64,000 nucleotides of DNA from Candidatus Marinacidobacterales bacterium (GTDB lineage: Bacteria > Acidobacteriota > Vicinamibacteria > Marinacidobacterales > SMYC01): contig CBDEGF010000004.1 of NCBI GenBank assembly GCA_965237685.1, positions 264,541-328,540 on the forward strand, in the 5' to 3' direction. A program made the position numbers and the translations under genes. Shown here piece after piece: positions 9,032-18,721 of the stretch (the first letter of the stretch is position 1; every line of letters starts with the position of its first letter). The notes beneath the pieces were generated by a model that saw only the letters and a list, made by a program, of their open reading frames with translations, did not search any database and was not told where the DNA came from.

Positions 9032-10497
9032 ACGGAGCTTCGCATCGACAAGGCCGATCGGGAGCAGCCACTCTATCGTCAGATCGCCGACCGGATCATT
9101 TCGGGTATTCGCGAGAGACATCTGGAGCCGGGCGGTCGACTCCCGACCGTGCGAGAGCTGGCGGAGGAGCTCGAGGTGACGCGGGTCACTGCTCACAACG
9201 CGTACCGGTTCCTGTCTTCCGAAGGCTGGATCGACGCGACGTGGGACGTGGCACGTTCGTCGCCGAGCGACCGCCGCTACCGGCGCCGCCGGCCTCGAGC
9301 TCTCTCTCGCCCGACGCGGTGATGGCGGGCCTCTGCCGTGCAGGTCGAGCGCGCGGCGTGCGTTCTCTCGGAATGGCCGAGCCCGACCACCGTTCGTATC
9401 CAGTCGACGATTTCATGGCCATTCTGCACTCGATGCACGACGAGCTTCGGGAGCTCTTCGACTACGGTCCGACGGATGGAGATGGCGCGCTCCGTGAGGC
9501 GGTCAGTACCGTTCTGCGACCGCGCGGTCTGACGCTTGCGGCCGAAGACGTCCTCATCACGTCCGGCGTTACTCAGGGTCTTTCGATCGTAACGGCCGCG
9601 CTGTCCGAGCCGGGACAAACCGTACTCGTGGAAGAGCCCACGTATCTCGGCTTCATCAGCTTGTTGGAGTCGTATGGTCTCCGGCCACTCGGCGTGCCAC
9701 TCGACGACGAAGGAGCTCGGCTCGATGTCCTGGAGCGATTCCTGTTGCGGGAGCGACCGAGTTTTTTCTATACCATCCCGACGTTTCACAACCCGACGGG
9801 AATCTCCATGACGGAGGACCGACGCGCGGGGCTCCTCGCCCTGGCGTCGGAGTACGGCCTCACGATCGTCGAGGACAATATCTACGGGCGTCTCGCCTAT
9901 GACGGCCCGGCACCTTCGCTGCTCAAAGCGCGGGACGAGCACGACCTCGTCGTCTATTTGGACGGCTTTTCGAAGGCCCTGTTGCCGGGGATCCGCACGG
10001 GCTATGTGATTGCCCCACCCGCGCTCAGGCCGCGACTTTCCTACCTTCTCAGAACGCGAGAGATGGGCGGCTCTACATTTCTGCAGAGGGCGCTGGCCCT
10101 CTTCCTTTCCCAGGGCCTGTACGATGCACACGTGGAGCGCGTACTGCCGACGTATCGAAAAAGGCGCAACGCGCTGGTAGCGGCGCTCTCGGAGCACATG
10201 CCGCCGGAAGTCAGCTGGACCCACCCGTCCGGAGGCTACTGCTGCTGGCTGAGTCTGCCCGAGAATGGCGACTTCACGAACCTGCACCGGATGGCTCTCT
10301 CCCGTGGCGTCCTCGTCACGCCGGGCGACGTCTTCTTCACGAGGTCGCCCCACCGCTCTCACCTTCGCATCTGCTTCGGCGGTGAGGACGAGCGCGTCCT
10401 CGGGGAGGCCGTTCGCGTACTCGCCGACTGCATCGGTGAGCTCCTGGAACGACCCGCCACCACCGCGGGGGCTCCCATGACCCGACCCATCGTCTGA
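9029..10497 (+). pseudogene. MocR/GabR-family regulator (GntR HTH + class-I aminotransferase-like domain) split by a frameshift near 9234-9242
   Basis: The HTH frame reads LYRQIADRIISGIRERHLEPGGRLPTVRELAEELEVTRVTAHNAYRFLSSEGWIDA. Frame +2 then reads VGRGTFVAERP...AEPDHRSYPVDDF...FHNPTGISM...LDGFSKALLPGIRTGYVIAPP. Confidence 0.6.
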
Positions 10498-10608
10498 ACG
10501 TGACGGAACCAGCTTCTTTCTCGACATTCAGGATTCTTCTTCACGCCAAGCCCGAGCCCGAGCCCCTGCCCGGAAGTTAGCGCCTCAGAATGAACACGAA
10601 GATCGCAA

Positions 10609-10713
10609 AGGGGGGATGACGACGTTCAAGGAGGCCCTTCCTTACGCCTTCAGTACGGATGACTTCATGCCGGACGCCGTGGAGGAGTTCCCGGAGAAGC
10701 GCGCCCGACAGTA
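10609..10713 (+). pseudogene. Possible relic of the C-terminal tail of an enoyl-CoA hydratase/crotonase (about 34 aa)
   Basis: [32 protein letters not shown] resembles the crotonase C-terminus (AF.S.D..EGV.AF.EKR.P.F). No upstream domain exists. Weak. Confidence 0.2.
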
Positions 10714-10763
10714 GTCGTTTCTCCCGCGTTGGACCGCGGCGTTCGTTTTCGGACTCTCCTCTA

Positions 10764-11166
10764 GTGGTCGTCGAAGTGGCGGTCGCGCTCACGCTCCTCG
10801 TCGGCGCGGGTCTCTTGATGCGGAGCTTCGCCGCCCTGACGTCCGTCGACCCTGGATTCGATACCCGAAACCTCCACCCACGACATTGGAATTCGAATGG
10901 CGATGGGGGCGAGCTCCGGTGACGTGCTCAAGCTGGTCATCGGTCGAGGGATGCTGCTCATGGCCCTGGGAGGGGCGATCGGGCTTGTCGCGTCGTTCGC
11001 GGCAACGCGGTTCATGGAAAGCCTGCTATTTGAGGTCGGCGCCACCGACCCAATGACCTTCGCCGCCGTCCCGCTGGTCCTCGCCGCGGTGGCGCTCGTC
11101 GCCTGCTACGTGCCCGCCCGTCGTGCCGCCGCGGTAGATCCAGTCATCGCGCTCCGCTACGAGTGA
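10764..11166 (+). pseudogene. Two pieces of an ADOP/MacB-type FtsX permease joined by an internal deletion
   Basis: Piece 1 (10764-10876) is [37 protein letters not shown], the segment starting the second periplasmic loop. Piece 2 (10883-11166, other frame) is [21 protein letters not shown]...[45 protein letters not shown], the canonical C-terminus. About 250 aa between them is absent. Confidence 0.5.
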
Positions 11167-11192
11167 AGCCCTCTCACTCTGTTGCGTGTTGA

Positions 11193-12197
11193 TCACGGTG
11201 CCGGCGACGCACCGGCTCGAGACGGTGGTTTCGCTGTGGCTTTGCGCCTTTTCGTTTCGCTCTTCTTGTTCCTGGCCTTCCACTCCCGGTTGAAGCGCTT
11301 CCGCTTGATGAAGGATTTCTGCGTGCCGATGCCGGTCGTCGAGATCCCCGCATAGAGGTTCGCGCGCGCCACGGCATCCCGCTCCGCCATGCCTTCGGCG
11401 AGAAAAACCGCGAAGCTTCCGATGAAAGCATCTCCCGCACCTGTGGAATCCACCGTCTTCACCTCGTAGGCGGGCACGAGCTCCACTCCGTCGGGTCCGG
11501 CGATGAGTGCTCCCCGCTCGCCGAGGGTCAGAATGACGCGCTTCAAACCTTGCTCCAGGAAGAAGGCCGCGCAAGCCTTCGCCTGGTCGACCGTTTGCAC
11601 GGGCATCCCGCTGATCGTCTCGGCCTCGCTCTCGTTTGGAATGAAGTAGTCGACTCCCGCGATGCGCTCGAGATCAACGGGGAGCGCCGGTGCCGGGTTC
11701 ACGATGCAACGGATTCCGTGTTTTCGGGCGAGCTTGACCGTGTGGTAGATGGTCTCCATCGGAATCTCGAACTGGAGCACGATGACGTCCGCCTTTTTCA
11801 GCATCGACGCCGCGTCGTCGACCACCTTTGGGGTCAGCTTGTCATTGGCACCCTTGACCACTACGATGCGGTTCTGACCCTTCTTGTCGACGAAGATCGG
11901 CGCGACGCCACTCGACACCTTCTTCACCTTCCTGACGTGGCGCGCGCGGATACCGAGCGTCTTGAAGTTCTTGATGGTGGCCGGCCCGAAGAGGTCGCCA
12001 CCGACACGGGCAACCATGTGCGCCTCCGCACCACAGTAAGTCGCAGCCACCGCCTGGTTAGCGCCCTTGCCTCCGAAGCCCAGGTCGAAGTGATCTCCAA
12101 ACAGGGTTTCTCCGGGCTTGGGGAAATGGTCGGTGAAAATTGTCAGGTCGATGTTGGCACTTCCGACAACCGCGATACGGGCTTTCTTCTTGGCCAT
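11193..12197 (-). CDS. rbsK: Ribokinase with a ~35-aa Lys/Arg-rich C-terminal extension
   Basis: RIAVVGSANIDL, GGKGANQAVAA, DSTGAGDAFIGSF (anion hole / GAGD motif). Tail is KSFIKRKRFNREWKARNKKSETKRRKATAKPPSRAGASPAP. Confidence 0.85.
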   Translation of the reverse strand: MAKKKARIAVVGSANIDLTIFTDHFPKPGETLFGDHFDLGFGGKGANQAVAATYCGAEAHMVARVGGDLFGPATIKNFKTLGIRARHVRKVKKVSSGVAPIFVDKKGQNRIVVVKGANDKLTPKVVDDAASMLKKADVIVLQFEIPMETIYHTVKLARKHGIRCIVNPAPALPVDLERIAGVDYFIPNESEAETISGMPVQTVDQAKACAAFFLEQGLKRVILTLGERGALIAGPDGVELVPAYEVKTVDSTGAGDAFIGSFAVFLAEGMAERDAVARANLYAGISTTGIGTQKSFIKRKRFNREWKARNKKSETKRRKATAKPPSRAGASPAP

Positions 12198-12211
12198 CGT
12201 GGGTCCTCCAA

Positions 12212-13285
12212 TCAGTGGTGTTTTATTCGTTCGAGGAACATCGACACGAAGCGCTCGCCGTCCACGACCACCGGAACGTCGGCGTTCGGAATGAGTCTCG
12301 GGAAGCCCGAAATCGTGTAGTGGTCGCCGGCGTCTTCGATGGCCTCCGCTATCAGGTCCCGATTGGCAACCGTCTCGCCGTAGCTGTGCTCTCCCTTCGT
12401 CTCCACGTAGATGCGCATCGGGCGGAGGTCGGTAGCCAGCGTCTTGTCGATGGCCATCCCCACCGCGAGCGGATCGTGAAGATCCGAACCTTCGTCGAAA
12501 CCCAGGTTCTCCGAGAATGCGATGTAGAAATCGCCAATCTCGGCCACGTAGTTCGCGACCGCAGAGCTCGAGTTTCGAAGCTCCGGCAGATGCGAGCGGG
12601 TGAGTCTCGCCTGGGCCGTCGCCCCCAGCCCGACCATGGTGATGGGGATGCCGGACTCGAAAACGACTTTCGCCGCCTCGGGATCGTTATAGATGTTGGC
12701 CTCCGCCGCCGGACTGGCGTTTCCACCGACGATGGAGCCACCCATGAGGATGATCTCGGGAATCTTGTCCCGGATCGACGGCTCCTTCAAGAAAGCCAGC
12801 GCGATGTTCGTGAGTGGCCCGACTGGCACGAGCGTGATCTGACCGGGATTCGCGTTGACGGTCTCGAGGATCACGTCCACCGCGTGGCGAGGATCGAGAC
12901 GCTTGGTCGGCGACGGCAAGGGTTTCCCCCCCAGACCACCCGGACCGTGCACCGCCTCGGCAGTGATGAGCTTCCGCTGCAGCGGATACTTGGCCCCTTT
13001 GGCAACGATGAGATCCCGACGGCCCGCCAGCTCGACGAGCTTGAGAGCGTTCTCGGCACCCTGGTCCACGATGACGTTTCCCGATACCACCGTGATTGCC
13101 TCGATCCGAAGCTCGGGAGATCGCATGGCAAGGAGCATGGCCATTGCATCGTCGATACCCGGATCGACGTCGAGGATGATGCGGCGCGGGGCGTCCGTCG
13201 TGGGGTTCGCCTGCGGAGCGACGTTCTGCGCGCGAGCGTCGAGAACAACACTCAGCCCGAAGGAGACGAGCAGCAGAAAGCGCAT
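12212..13285 (-). CDS. Inosine-uridine-preferring nucleoside hydrolase (IU_nuc_hydro family), secreted (signal peptide)
   Basis: MRFLLLVSFGLSVVLDARAQ (signal), then ILDVDPGIDDAMAMLLA (DxDxxxDD motif), GPLTNIALAF, NIYNDPEAAKVVFESG. The stop/start overlap (TGATG) couples it with the upstream permease. Confidence 0.85.
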   Translation of the reverse strand: MRFLLLVSFGLSVVLDARAQNVAPQANPTTDAPRRIILDVDPGIDDAMAMLLAMRSPELRIEAITVVSGNVIVDQGAENALKLVELAGRRDLIVAKGAKYPLQRKLITAEAVHGPGGLGGKPLPSPTKRLDPRHAVDVILETVNANPGQITLVPVGPLTNIALAFLKEPSIRDKIPEIILMGGSIVGGNASPAAEANIYNDPEAAKVVFESGIPITMVGLGATAQARLTRSHLPELRNSSSAVANYVAEIGDFYIAFSENLGFDEGSDLHDPLAVGMAIDKTLATDLRPMRIYVETKGEHSYGETVANRDLIAEAIEDAGDHYTISGFPRLIPNADVPVVVDGERFVSMFLERIKHH

Positions 13286-14271
13286 CAACTCGCGTCCGAA
13301 GCGTAGGCGAGACAGGCGATGGCTCCCACATAGAACATGAACATGAGACCGAGGTAGCGTTTGGCTTTCGCGTTCGCGCCTTCGAACTCTTTCCACACCG
13401 CCACACCCCAGAGAGCGGCGACCATCGGGGCGCTCTGCCCGATCGCGTAGGAGATGGCGAAACCGACTTGGCTTCCGGCAATCAGGTTGAAGCCGGTCCC
13501 GATGCTCCAGATGCACCCGCCAAGGATCCCCAGCACATGCCAGTTCACTCCGCCTTCGAAGTAGCCCGCCATCGAGACCGCCTCTCCGACCAGAGGCTTC
13601 TTCATGAAATAGAGGTTGAACGGTATCGTGGACAGGAGGGCGGCGAGCGTGAAGAAGACGGTGCTGGTGTAGGGCGTCAGCTGGCCATCTCCTGGGGCCA
13701 TCGCAACCGTCGTGAAACGGACCCAGCTTCCCATCAGAAGCCCGCTCACTATGCAGATCCACAAGCCCTTCTTCGTCACTGTGAGTTTGCCGCCGCCGAG
13801 CTCCTTGTAGGCGAGCGCGTCCGAGAGGATGGCCCCCACCGCCAGAGCCACGCCCAGAGCGATGAGGGTCGCATTGCCCTTCGGCTCCTCGACATAGGCC
13901 CAGACGGTTCCGAGCACTAGCGCGGTGCCGATCGAGACGGGAAACGCCACCGCAAGCCCGGCGATGGCGATGGCCGCTACCAGCAGGATGTTCGCGAGAT
14001 TGAAAATGGCGCCGCCGATCAACGCCTGAGCGACGCGCTCGCTCGAGGCCTGCTCCAGATTGGCTAGAAACGCCTGCCCTCCTCCCCCGGAGCTCCCCAG
14101 CGTGAACGCGAGGATGAGCGCCATGACGAAAATGCCGATCGCATAGTCCCAGTAGAAGAGCTCGAAGCGAACGCCCTTCGTGAGCTTGTAGGTGTTGGCC
14201 CACGAGCCCCAGCAGATCGCGCAGACGATCATCATGAGGAGGGCCAATCCCCAGGATTCCGGTACGAACAT
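13285..14271 (-). CDS. 10-TM sugar/ribose uptake permease (GlcU/RbsU-like, DMT superfamily) - tentative
   Basis: 328 aa and very hydrophobic. CWGSWAN resembles the GRP-family LFWGS motif. It is operonic between a nucleoside hydrolase and ribokinase. Family assignment is an inference. Confidence 0.45.
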   Translation of the reverse strand: MFVPESWGLALLMMIVCAICWGSWANTYKLTKGVRFELFYWDYAIGIFVMALILAFTLGSSGGGGQAFLANLEQASSERVAQALIGGAIFNLANILLVAAIAIAGLAVAFPVSIGTALVLGTVWAYVEEPKGNATLIALGVALAVGAILSDALAYKELGGGKLTVTKKGLWICIVSGLLMGSWVRFTTVAMAPGDGQLTPYTSTVFFTLAALLSTIPFNLYFMKKPLVGEAVSMAGYFEGGVNWHVLGILGGCIWSIGTGFNLIAGSQVGFAISYAIGQSAPMVAALWGVAVWKEFEGANAKAKRYLGLMFMFYVGAIACLAYASDAS

Positions 14272-14482
14272 CTCTAGTGCCTCATCGCGCGCTCACTCCT
14301 CGTTCCCGCCTACGCCCTCCGGGCTTCGGCGAGGTCCCGACGAAGCCTTGGCGAAGTCGGACGCGCGCGGCGCCTCGCTCCTCGCGCGGCGCTCGGTGTG
14401 CTATCGGCCCATTCGGGCCGGTCTCGCAGCAGACGCGGCGGCTTGCCGCTCGGCAGGCTGCGGATGCATATTTGGCAGCCTG

Positions 14483-15520
14483 CTAGCGCGTCATCAAATC
14501 AACAAACTCTTCCACGAAACGCGGGTAGTCCAGGTCGAGCAGCACTTCGACCTTGCGTACCCCGGACGGTGGCTGGCGCCGGCTCTGCCAGTGGAGAGTG
14601 CCACCATAGAAGGCGCCGTGGTCGATCTCGACGTCGAAGTATATCTCCTCAGATCGTTTTACGACGTCCGGCTCGAGCAGAGACAATGCCGCAATCTGGT
14701 CGTACATGAGCGGGGAGATCGGCGCCCAGTGCCGTTTCAGAAACGTCTCCGCGAAGTACTTCGCGATCGGCGAATCACCTTCCGAGGCCCGGCTCGCCAC
14801 TTCCTTCGTGAAGGGCGCCTGGCGGCAGATGTTGAGGGGTGTCACCGCCACTTCACGCCAGGGTGCCCGCAACACGATCCTCGCCGCCTCCGGGTCCATC
14901 CAGAAATTGAACTCGGGGAGCGTGTCGATACCGCCACCCATCACGAGGAGCTTTTTGGCCAGCGTGGCGATTTCAGGATCTTTCGCAACGGCGAGCGCGA
15001 CATTGGTCAGGGGGCCGATGGCCGCCACCACCACTTCCCCGGGATTCTCCCGGATGGCGCGAATGAGGAAGTCCACCGCATGCTCGGATTCCGCTTCTCT
15101 CGAAGCGAACTGACCGTCCGGTGGCCGGCGCTCGTCGCGCCCGGGACCATCCGCACGCCAGGCTCCTTTGTAAGCCGCCTCGCTCGTCGAGCCGAAAAGG
15201 AGCTCTCGCGCCTTCATCTCCTCCTGGCTGGTGACCAGCGGAAACTCCGCTCCGGGGTACACCGGCACTTCCGGGCGACCCGCAATCTCGAGCAGGCGTA
15301 GCGCGCTCGCCACTTCCTGTCGCAGCCAGTCGTTGCCGGTGACCACAGTGACGCCGAGGAGGTCCACACGCGGGGATTGCGTGAGGATCAGGAGCGCCAT
15401 CGCGTCGTCGCTGCCGAATCCCAGGTCCGTATCCAGAACGACCTTGAGCCTCTCCCGCTCCACACTTTCTCCGGAAGACACAATTCCGGCAAGAACCAGT
15501 GCCACTATCATGAGTCTCAT
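14483..15520 (-). CDS. Second secreted nucleoside hydrolase (IU_nuc_hydro family)
   Basis: GGAG RBS precedes ATG 15520. MRLMIVALVLAGIVSSG (signal), VVLDTDLGFGSDDAMALLIL, GPLTNVALAVA, NFWMDPEAARIVL. Confidence 0.85.
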   Translation of the reverse strand: MRLMIVALVLAGIVSSGESVERERLKVVLDTDLGFGSDDAMALLILTQSPRVDLLGVTVVTGNDWLRQEVASALRLLEIAGRPEVPVYPGAEFPLVTSQEEMKARELLFGSTSEAAYKGAWRADGPGRDERRPPDGQFASREAESEHAVDFLIRAIRENPGEVVVAAIGPLTNVALAVAKDPEIATLAKKLLVMGGGIDTLPEFNFWMDPEAARIVLRAPWREVAVTPLNICRQAPFTKEVASRASEGDSPIAKYFAETFLKRHWAPISPLMYDQIAALSLLEPDVVKRSEEIYFDVEIDHGAFYGGTLHWQSRRQPPSGVRKVEVLLDLDYPRFVEEFVDLMTR

Positions 15521-15591
15521 AGCCGCTCCACCCAAAGACGGGCAGTCTAACGCCTGGCCGAGCTGGATCAAAGCGACGCCGTCGCCTTCAG

Positions 15592-15620
15592 TTGACAGCC
15601 CGACGGGCCGGATTTACGAT
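15592..15620 (+). promoter_or_regulatory. Putative sigma70 promoter for the TonB-dependent receptor (TTGACA-17-TACGAT)
   Basis: TTGACA at 15592-15597, 17-nt spacer, TACGAT at 15615-15620, about 85 nt upstream of ATG 15704. It lies in the divergent region shared with the hydrolase operon. Confidence 0.4.
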
Positions 15621-15703
15621 ACGTCACAATCGTCATCGACGCGGAGTTCGCAGGTTCCGTCGGGACGGCGAGTGTGGTCATTCCGGAGAAGAGACAGCTG
15701 GGC

Positions 15704-18658
15704 ATGAAATTCTCAAAAGTGTTTCCGGGAACACTCTTAGTGCTCCTCCTAGGCGGCTCGCTCTTCGCGCAGGTCCTCGACCGCGGAGAGCTCAGCGGGA
15801 TAGTGCGCGATGAATCGGGCGCCGTACTGCCCGGCGTGACCGTCACCGTCACGCAGGTGCAGACCGGGTTCACGCGCGTCGCCACCTCGGACGACGGCGG
15901 ACGCTACCGCGCGCCGCTCCTTCCCATCGGCAACTACGTACTGACCGCGGAGCTTCCGGGCTTTGCGACGGTGACGCGTGACGGCGTTGTGGTGGCGGTC
16001 GGCTCGTCGGTAGTGATCGATCTTCTCCTCCCGCTCGCCAGCGTGACGGAGGCGGTCACCGTCACCGCGGCCTCCCCGGTGGTCGAGACAAGGCGCTCGG
16101 TCGTCAGTACGACGCTCAACCAGGAGGCGGTCTCCACGCTGCCGGTCGACGGACGCGACTTCCGGAACTTCGCAACGCTATCGCCCAATGCGAGCCAGAC
16201 GCCCGGGCTTCGCTCGCCGATCCGTTTCGGCGGCCAGCAGGGGGACTACTCCATGCTCACCGTCGACGGGGCCGACATGACGAACTCGTTCTTCGCCGAG
16301 TACGCGGGCTCGCTCGAGACGCAGAACTTCACCATCTCCCAGGAAGCCATTCAGGAGTTCCAGATCCTCACCAACGGTTTCGACGCCGAGTTCGGTCGCT
16401 CCACCGGCGGTGTCATCAACGTGGTGACGAAGTCCGGGACCAACGACGTGCGCGCATCGGCGTTCTTCTTCCACAAGGACGAGAACCTGACTGCAAACGA
16501 CCCGTTCGGGAACCCGCCGACTCAGTTCTCCCGGCAACAAGTCGGCGCTAGCGTCGGCGGCCCTATCGCCGAGGGCAAGGCCTTTTTTTTCATCGCCGCC
16601 GATATTCAAGATGCGGACGGTCCGATCACCACGCAGTTCAGCCGCGACGTGGATGGCGTGTCTGTTCCGGAGCTTGGAATCGACAACCTGGCCGACTTCG
16701 AAGGGCAAACCCCTCAGAAGCAGGATCTCAAGACCTTCTTCGGCCGGGTCGACTTCGACGTCAACAGCTCCAACCGCCTGACCGTCCGGGCCAACTTCAG
16801 CGACAACAACTCCGACTCCTTCACCGGCGGTCGCGGCCAGAATGTCGTGAACGCGGCCCCCAATAACTTCGAGAACTTCAGTAACTCGGCGCTCTCGGTC
16901 GTGACGAGCTTGACGACGGTCATCGGAACCAACAAGTTCAACGAGTTCAAATACCACTACATCCGCGAAGATCGTCCTCGCATGGCGCTGAGCGACGACC
17001 CCGAGGCCCAGATCTCCGATACCGGAGCTTTCGGCCGGCGCTTCTTTCTTCCCATCACGGGCGACACCATACGTCATCAATTCACGGACAGCTTCAGCTA
17101 CCTCTTTGGAAGCCACGACCTGAAGTTCGGTGTCGACTGGAACTCGGTCGAGCTGACCGACAACGCCTTCATCGGATTCTCCGCTGGCACGTACTTCTTC
17201 GATACGCTCGAGGACTTCGAGGCCCGACAGGCCTCCGGCTTCCTCCAGCGCGTCTTCATCAACGGCTTCACGCCCGAGACCCACGTCACCAACGACTACT
17301 GGACGCACGAGCTCGGTTTGTTCATTCAGGACAAATGGCAGGTGCGGAGCAATCTCACCGTCAGCTACGGACTGCGCTACGAAGCCCAGTACAACGGCGA
17401 TCCCAAGTTCCCGACTCTCGACGTCAACGGCAACCCGGCGGGTGCGGTGAGACGTCCGGGATCGACCGAGCTGCGGACGGTGCCGCAGACGATCGCGAAC
17501 GACACCAACAACTGGGGTCCGAGGCTCGGCATCTCCTGGGATCCGACCAAAGAGGGGCGCACCGTCGTTCGTGGCGGGCTCGGCTTGTACTACGGTCGAA
17601 CGGCTCAGATTTTCATGCCCACCGGCGGTTCCAACTTCCAATCCGGTGTCATCGAGACCTTCCCGCCACTGCTCACTTATCCCGCGATCTTCCAGAGCAT
17701 CATCCCCGAGGGGAAGGAGCCGCCGGTCCCGTTGCCGCCACCTAGCATCAGCTTCGTGGACGAGAATTTCAACAACCCGCGGGTTCTGAACGTCAACATC
17801 GGCTTCGACCACGAGCTGGCCGAGGATCTCGCCGTCGGTTTCGACTTCGTCTACTCCCGCACCGAGAACGCGCGCGTGGGCGGCTTTCTCCCGTTCAACA
17901 TGAACACGAAGCCGCCCACCGGGACCGACGCGTTCGGCCGGCCGATCGGCATCGACGCCTCGTTCATCGATAGCGACGGCGACGGGCAGATCTTCCGGGT
18001 GCAAGAGCCGGCGCTCGGGGCGTCGAACATCCTTTCGAGTGTCGGCAGGGCCCGCTACAGGGCATTCACCGTCTCGGCGCGGAAGTCCTTCGTGGCCGGC
18101 AGCCAGTTCCAGGCCTTCTACACCTGGTCTCGCGACGAGTCGAACGCCGACACCGAGCGCGACGTCGACGTCTTTCTCGGCGGCTCCGCCCCGTTCCTGC
18201 CGTTCATCGAGGACGATTTCGGGATCGACGAGCGCGACATCTCCCATCGGTTCGTCTTTCAGGGGACGACCGAGCTTCCCGCTAATCTGCTGCTCAGCGG
18301 TATCGTCAACCTCCGCTCGGGCCGCGCCGCGCCCGGCTACACGTTCACCGACGTCAATGGCGACAACCAGACCGGGACACCCGGCAATCAGTTCGACCGC
18401 CCGGTGATGAACGGCCAAGTGCTGCCACGGTTCCCGTTTCGCCAGCCTGCTTTCTACACTGTCGATGTGCGCCTCATGTGGACGGGGACCTTCGGCAAGA
18501 ACAACGTCGATCTGCTTTTCGAAGTCTTCAACCTCTTCAACTCCAGCAACTTCGAGACCACGCTCTTCAACGTGAGTACCGTCAACTTTCTGGAGAACAG
18601 CACGTTCGTGGGCACGCAGCGGACCGCTCAGATCGGCATCAAGTGGCGGTTCCAGTAG
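15704..18658 (+). CDS. TonB-dependent outer-membrane receptor with N-terminal carboxypeptidase-regulatory-like domain (Acidobacteria-type)
   Basis: MKFSKVFPGTLLVLLLGGSLFAQV (signal); GIVRDESGAVLPGVTVTVT...GNYVLTAELPGFAT (CarboxypepD_reg); plug and barrel motifs; terminal ...IGIKWRFQ. Confidence 0.85.
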   Translation: MKFSKVFPGTLLVLLLGGSLFAQVLDRGELSGIVRDESGAVLPGVTVTVTQVQTGFTRVATSDDGGRYRAPLLPIGNYVLTAELPGFATVTRDGVVVAVGSSVVIDLLLPLASVTEAVTVTAASPVVETRRSVVSTTLNQEAVSTLPVDGRDFRNFATLSPNASQTPGLRSPIRFGGQQGDYSMLTVDGADMTNSFFAEYAGSLETQNFTISQEAIQEFQILTNGFDAEFGRSTGGVINVVTKSGTNDVRASAFFFHKDENLTANDPFGNPPTQFSRQQVGASVGGPIAEGKAFFFIAADIQDADGPITTQFSRDVDGVSVPELGIDNLADFEGQTPQKQDLKTFFGRVDFDVNSSNRLTVRANFSDNNSDSFTGGRGQNVVNAAPNNFENFSNSALSVVTSLTTVIGTNKFNEFKYHYIREDRPRMALSDDPEAQISDTGAFGRRFFLPITGDTIRHQFTDSFSYLFGSHDLKFGVDWNSVELTDNAFIGFSAGTYFFDTLEDFEARQASGFLQRVFINGFTPETHVTNDYWTHELGLFIQDKWQVRSNLTVSYGLRYEAQYNGDPKFPTLDVNGNPAGAVRRPGSTELRTVPQTIANDTNNWGPRLGISWDPTKEGRTVVRGGLGLYYGRTAQIFMPTGGSNFQSGVIETFPPLLTYPAIFQSIIPEGKEPPVPLPPPSISFVDENFNNPRVLNVNIGFDHELAEDLAVGFDFVYSRTENARVGGFLPFNMNTKPPTGTDAFGRPIGIDASFIDSDGDGQIFRVQEPALGASNILSSVGRARYRAFTVSARKSFVAGSQFQAFYTWSRDESNADTERDVDVFLGGSAPFLPFIEDDFGIDERDISHRFVFQGTTELPANLLLSGIVNLRSGRAAPGYTFTDVNGDNQTGTPGNQFDRPVMNGQVLPRFPFRQPAFYTVDVRLMWTGTFGKNNVDLLFEVFNLFNSSNFETTLFNVSTVNFLENSTFVGTQRTAQIGIKWRFQ

Positions 18659-18679
18659 CCTGAGGCACGTTAGGATAGA

Positions 18680-18710
18680 GGCCGGGCCCAGAGGGGCCCC
18701 GGCCTTTTTC
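18680..18710 (+). terminator. Rho-independent terminator
   Basis: GGCCGGGCCCAGAGGGGCCCCGGCC stem-loop followed by TTTTT, 20 nt after the receptor stop. Confidence 0.7.
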
Positions 18711-18721
18711 GTTCTCCGACA

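Noticed and set aside
9277-10527. 416-aa ORF on the minus strand overlapping the MocR gene
   Set aside because: Antisense shadow ORF typical of high-GC DNA. It has no RBS, its composition is Arg/Gly/Pro-rich and low in complexity, and it fully overlaps a clearly homologous sense gene.
16178-18418. 746-aa minus-strand ORF inside the TonB-dependent receptor gene
   Set aside because: Antisense of a gene with unmistakable TonB-receptor homology; its sequence is Arg/Asp/Gly/Val-rich with no domain resemblance. The same reasoning rejects 12140-13306 (+), 14192-15301 (+), 6066-6953 (+), 19025-19823 (-), 23280-24581 (-), 26377-27255 (-), 49734-51473 (-), 58213-59238 (-) and 62168-63224 (alternate frames of real genes).
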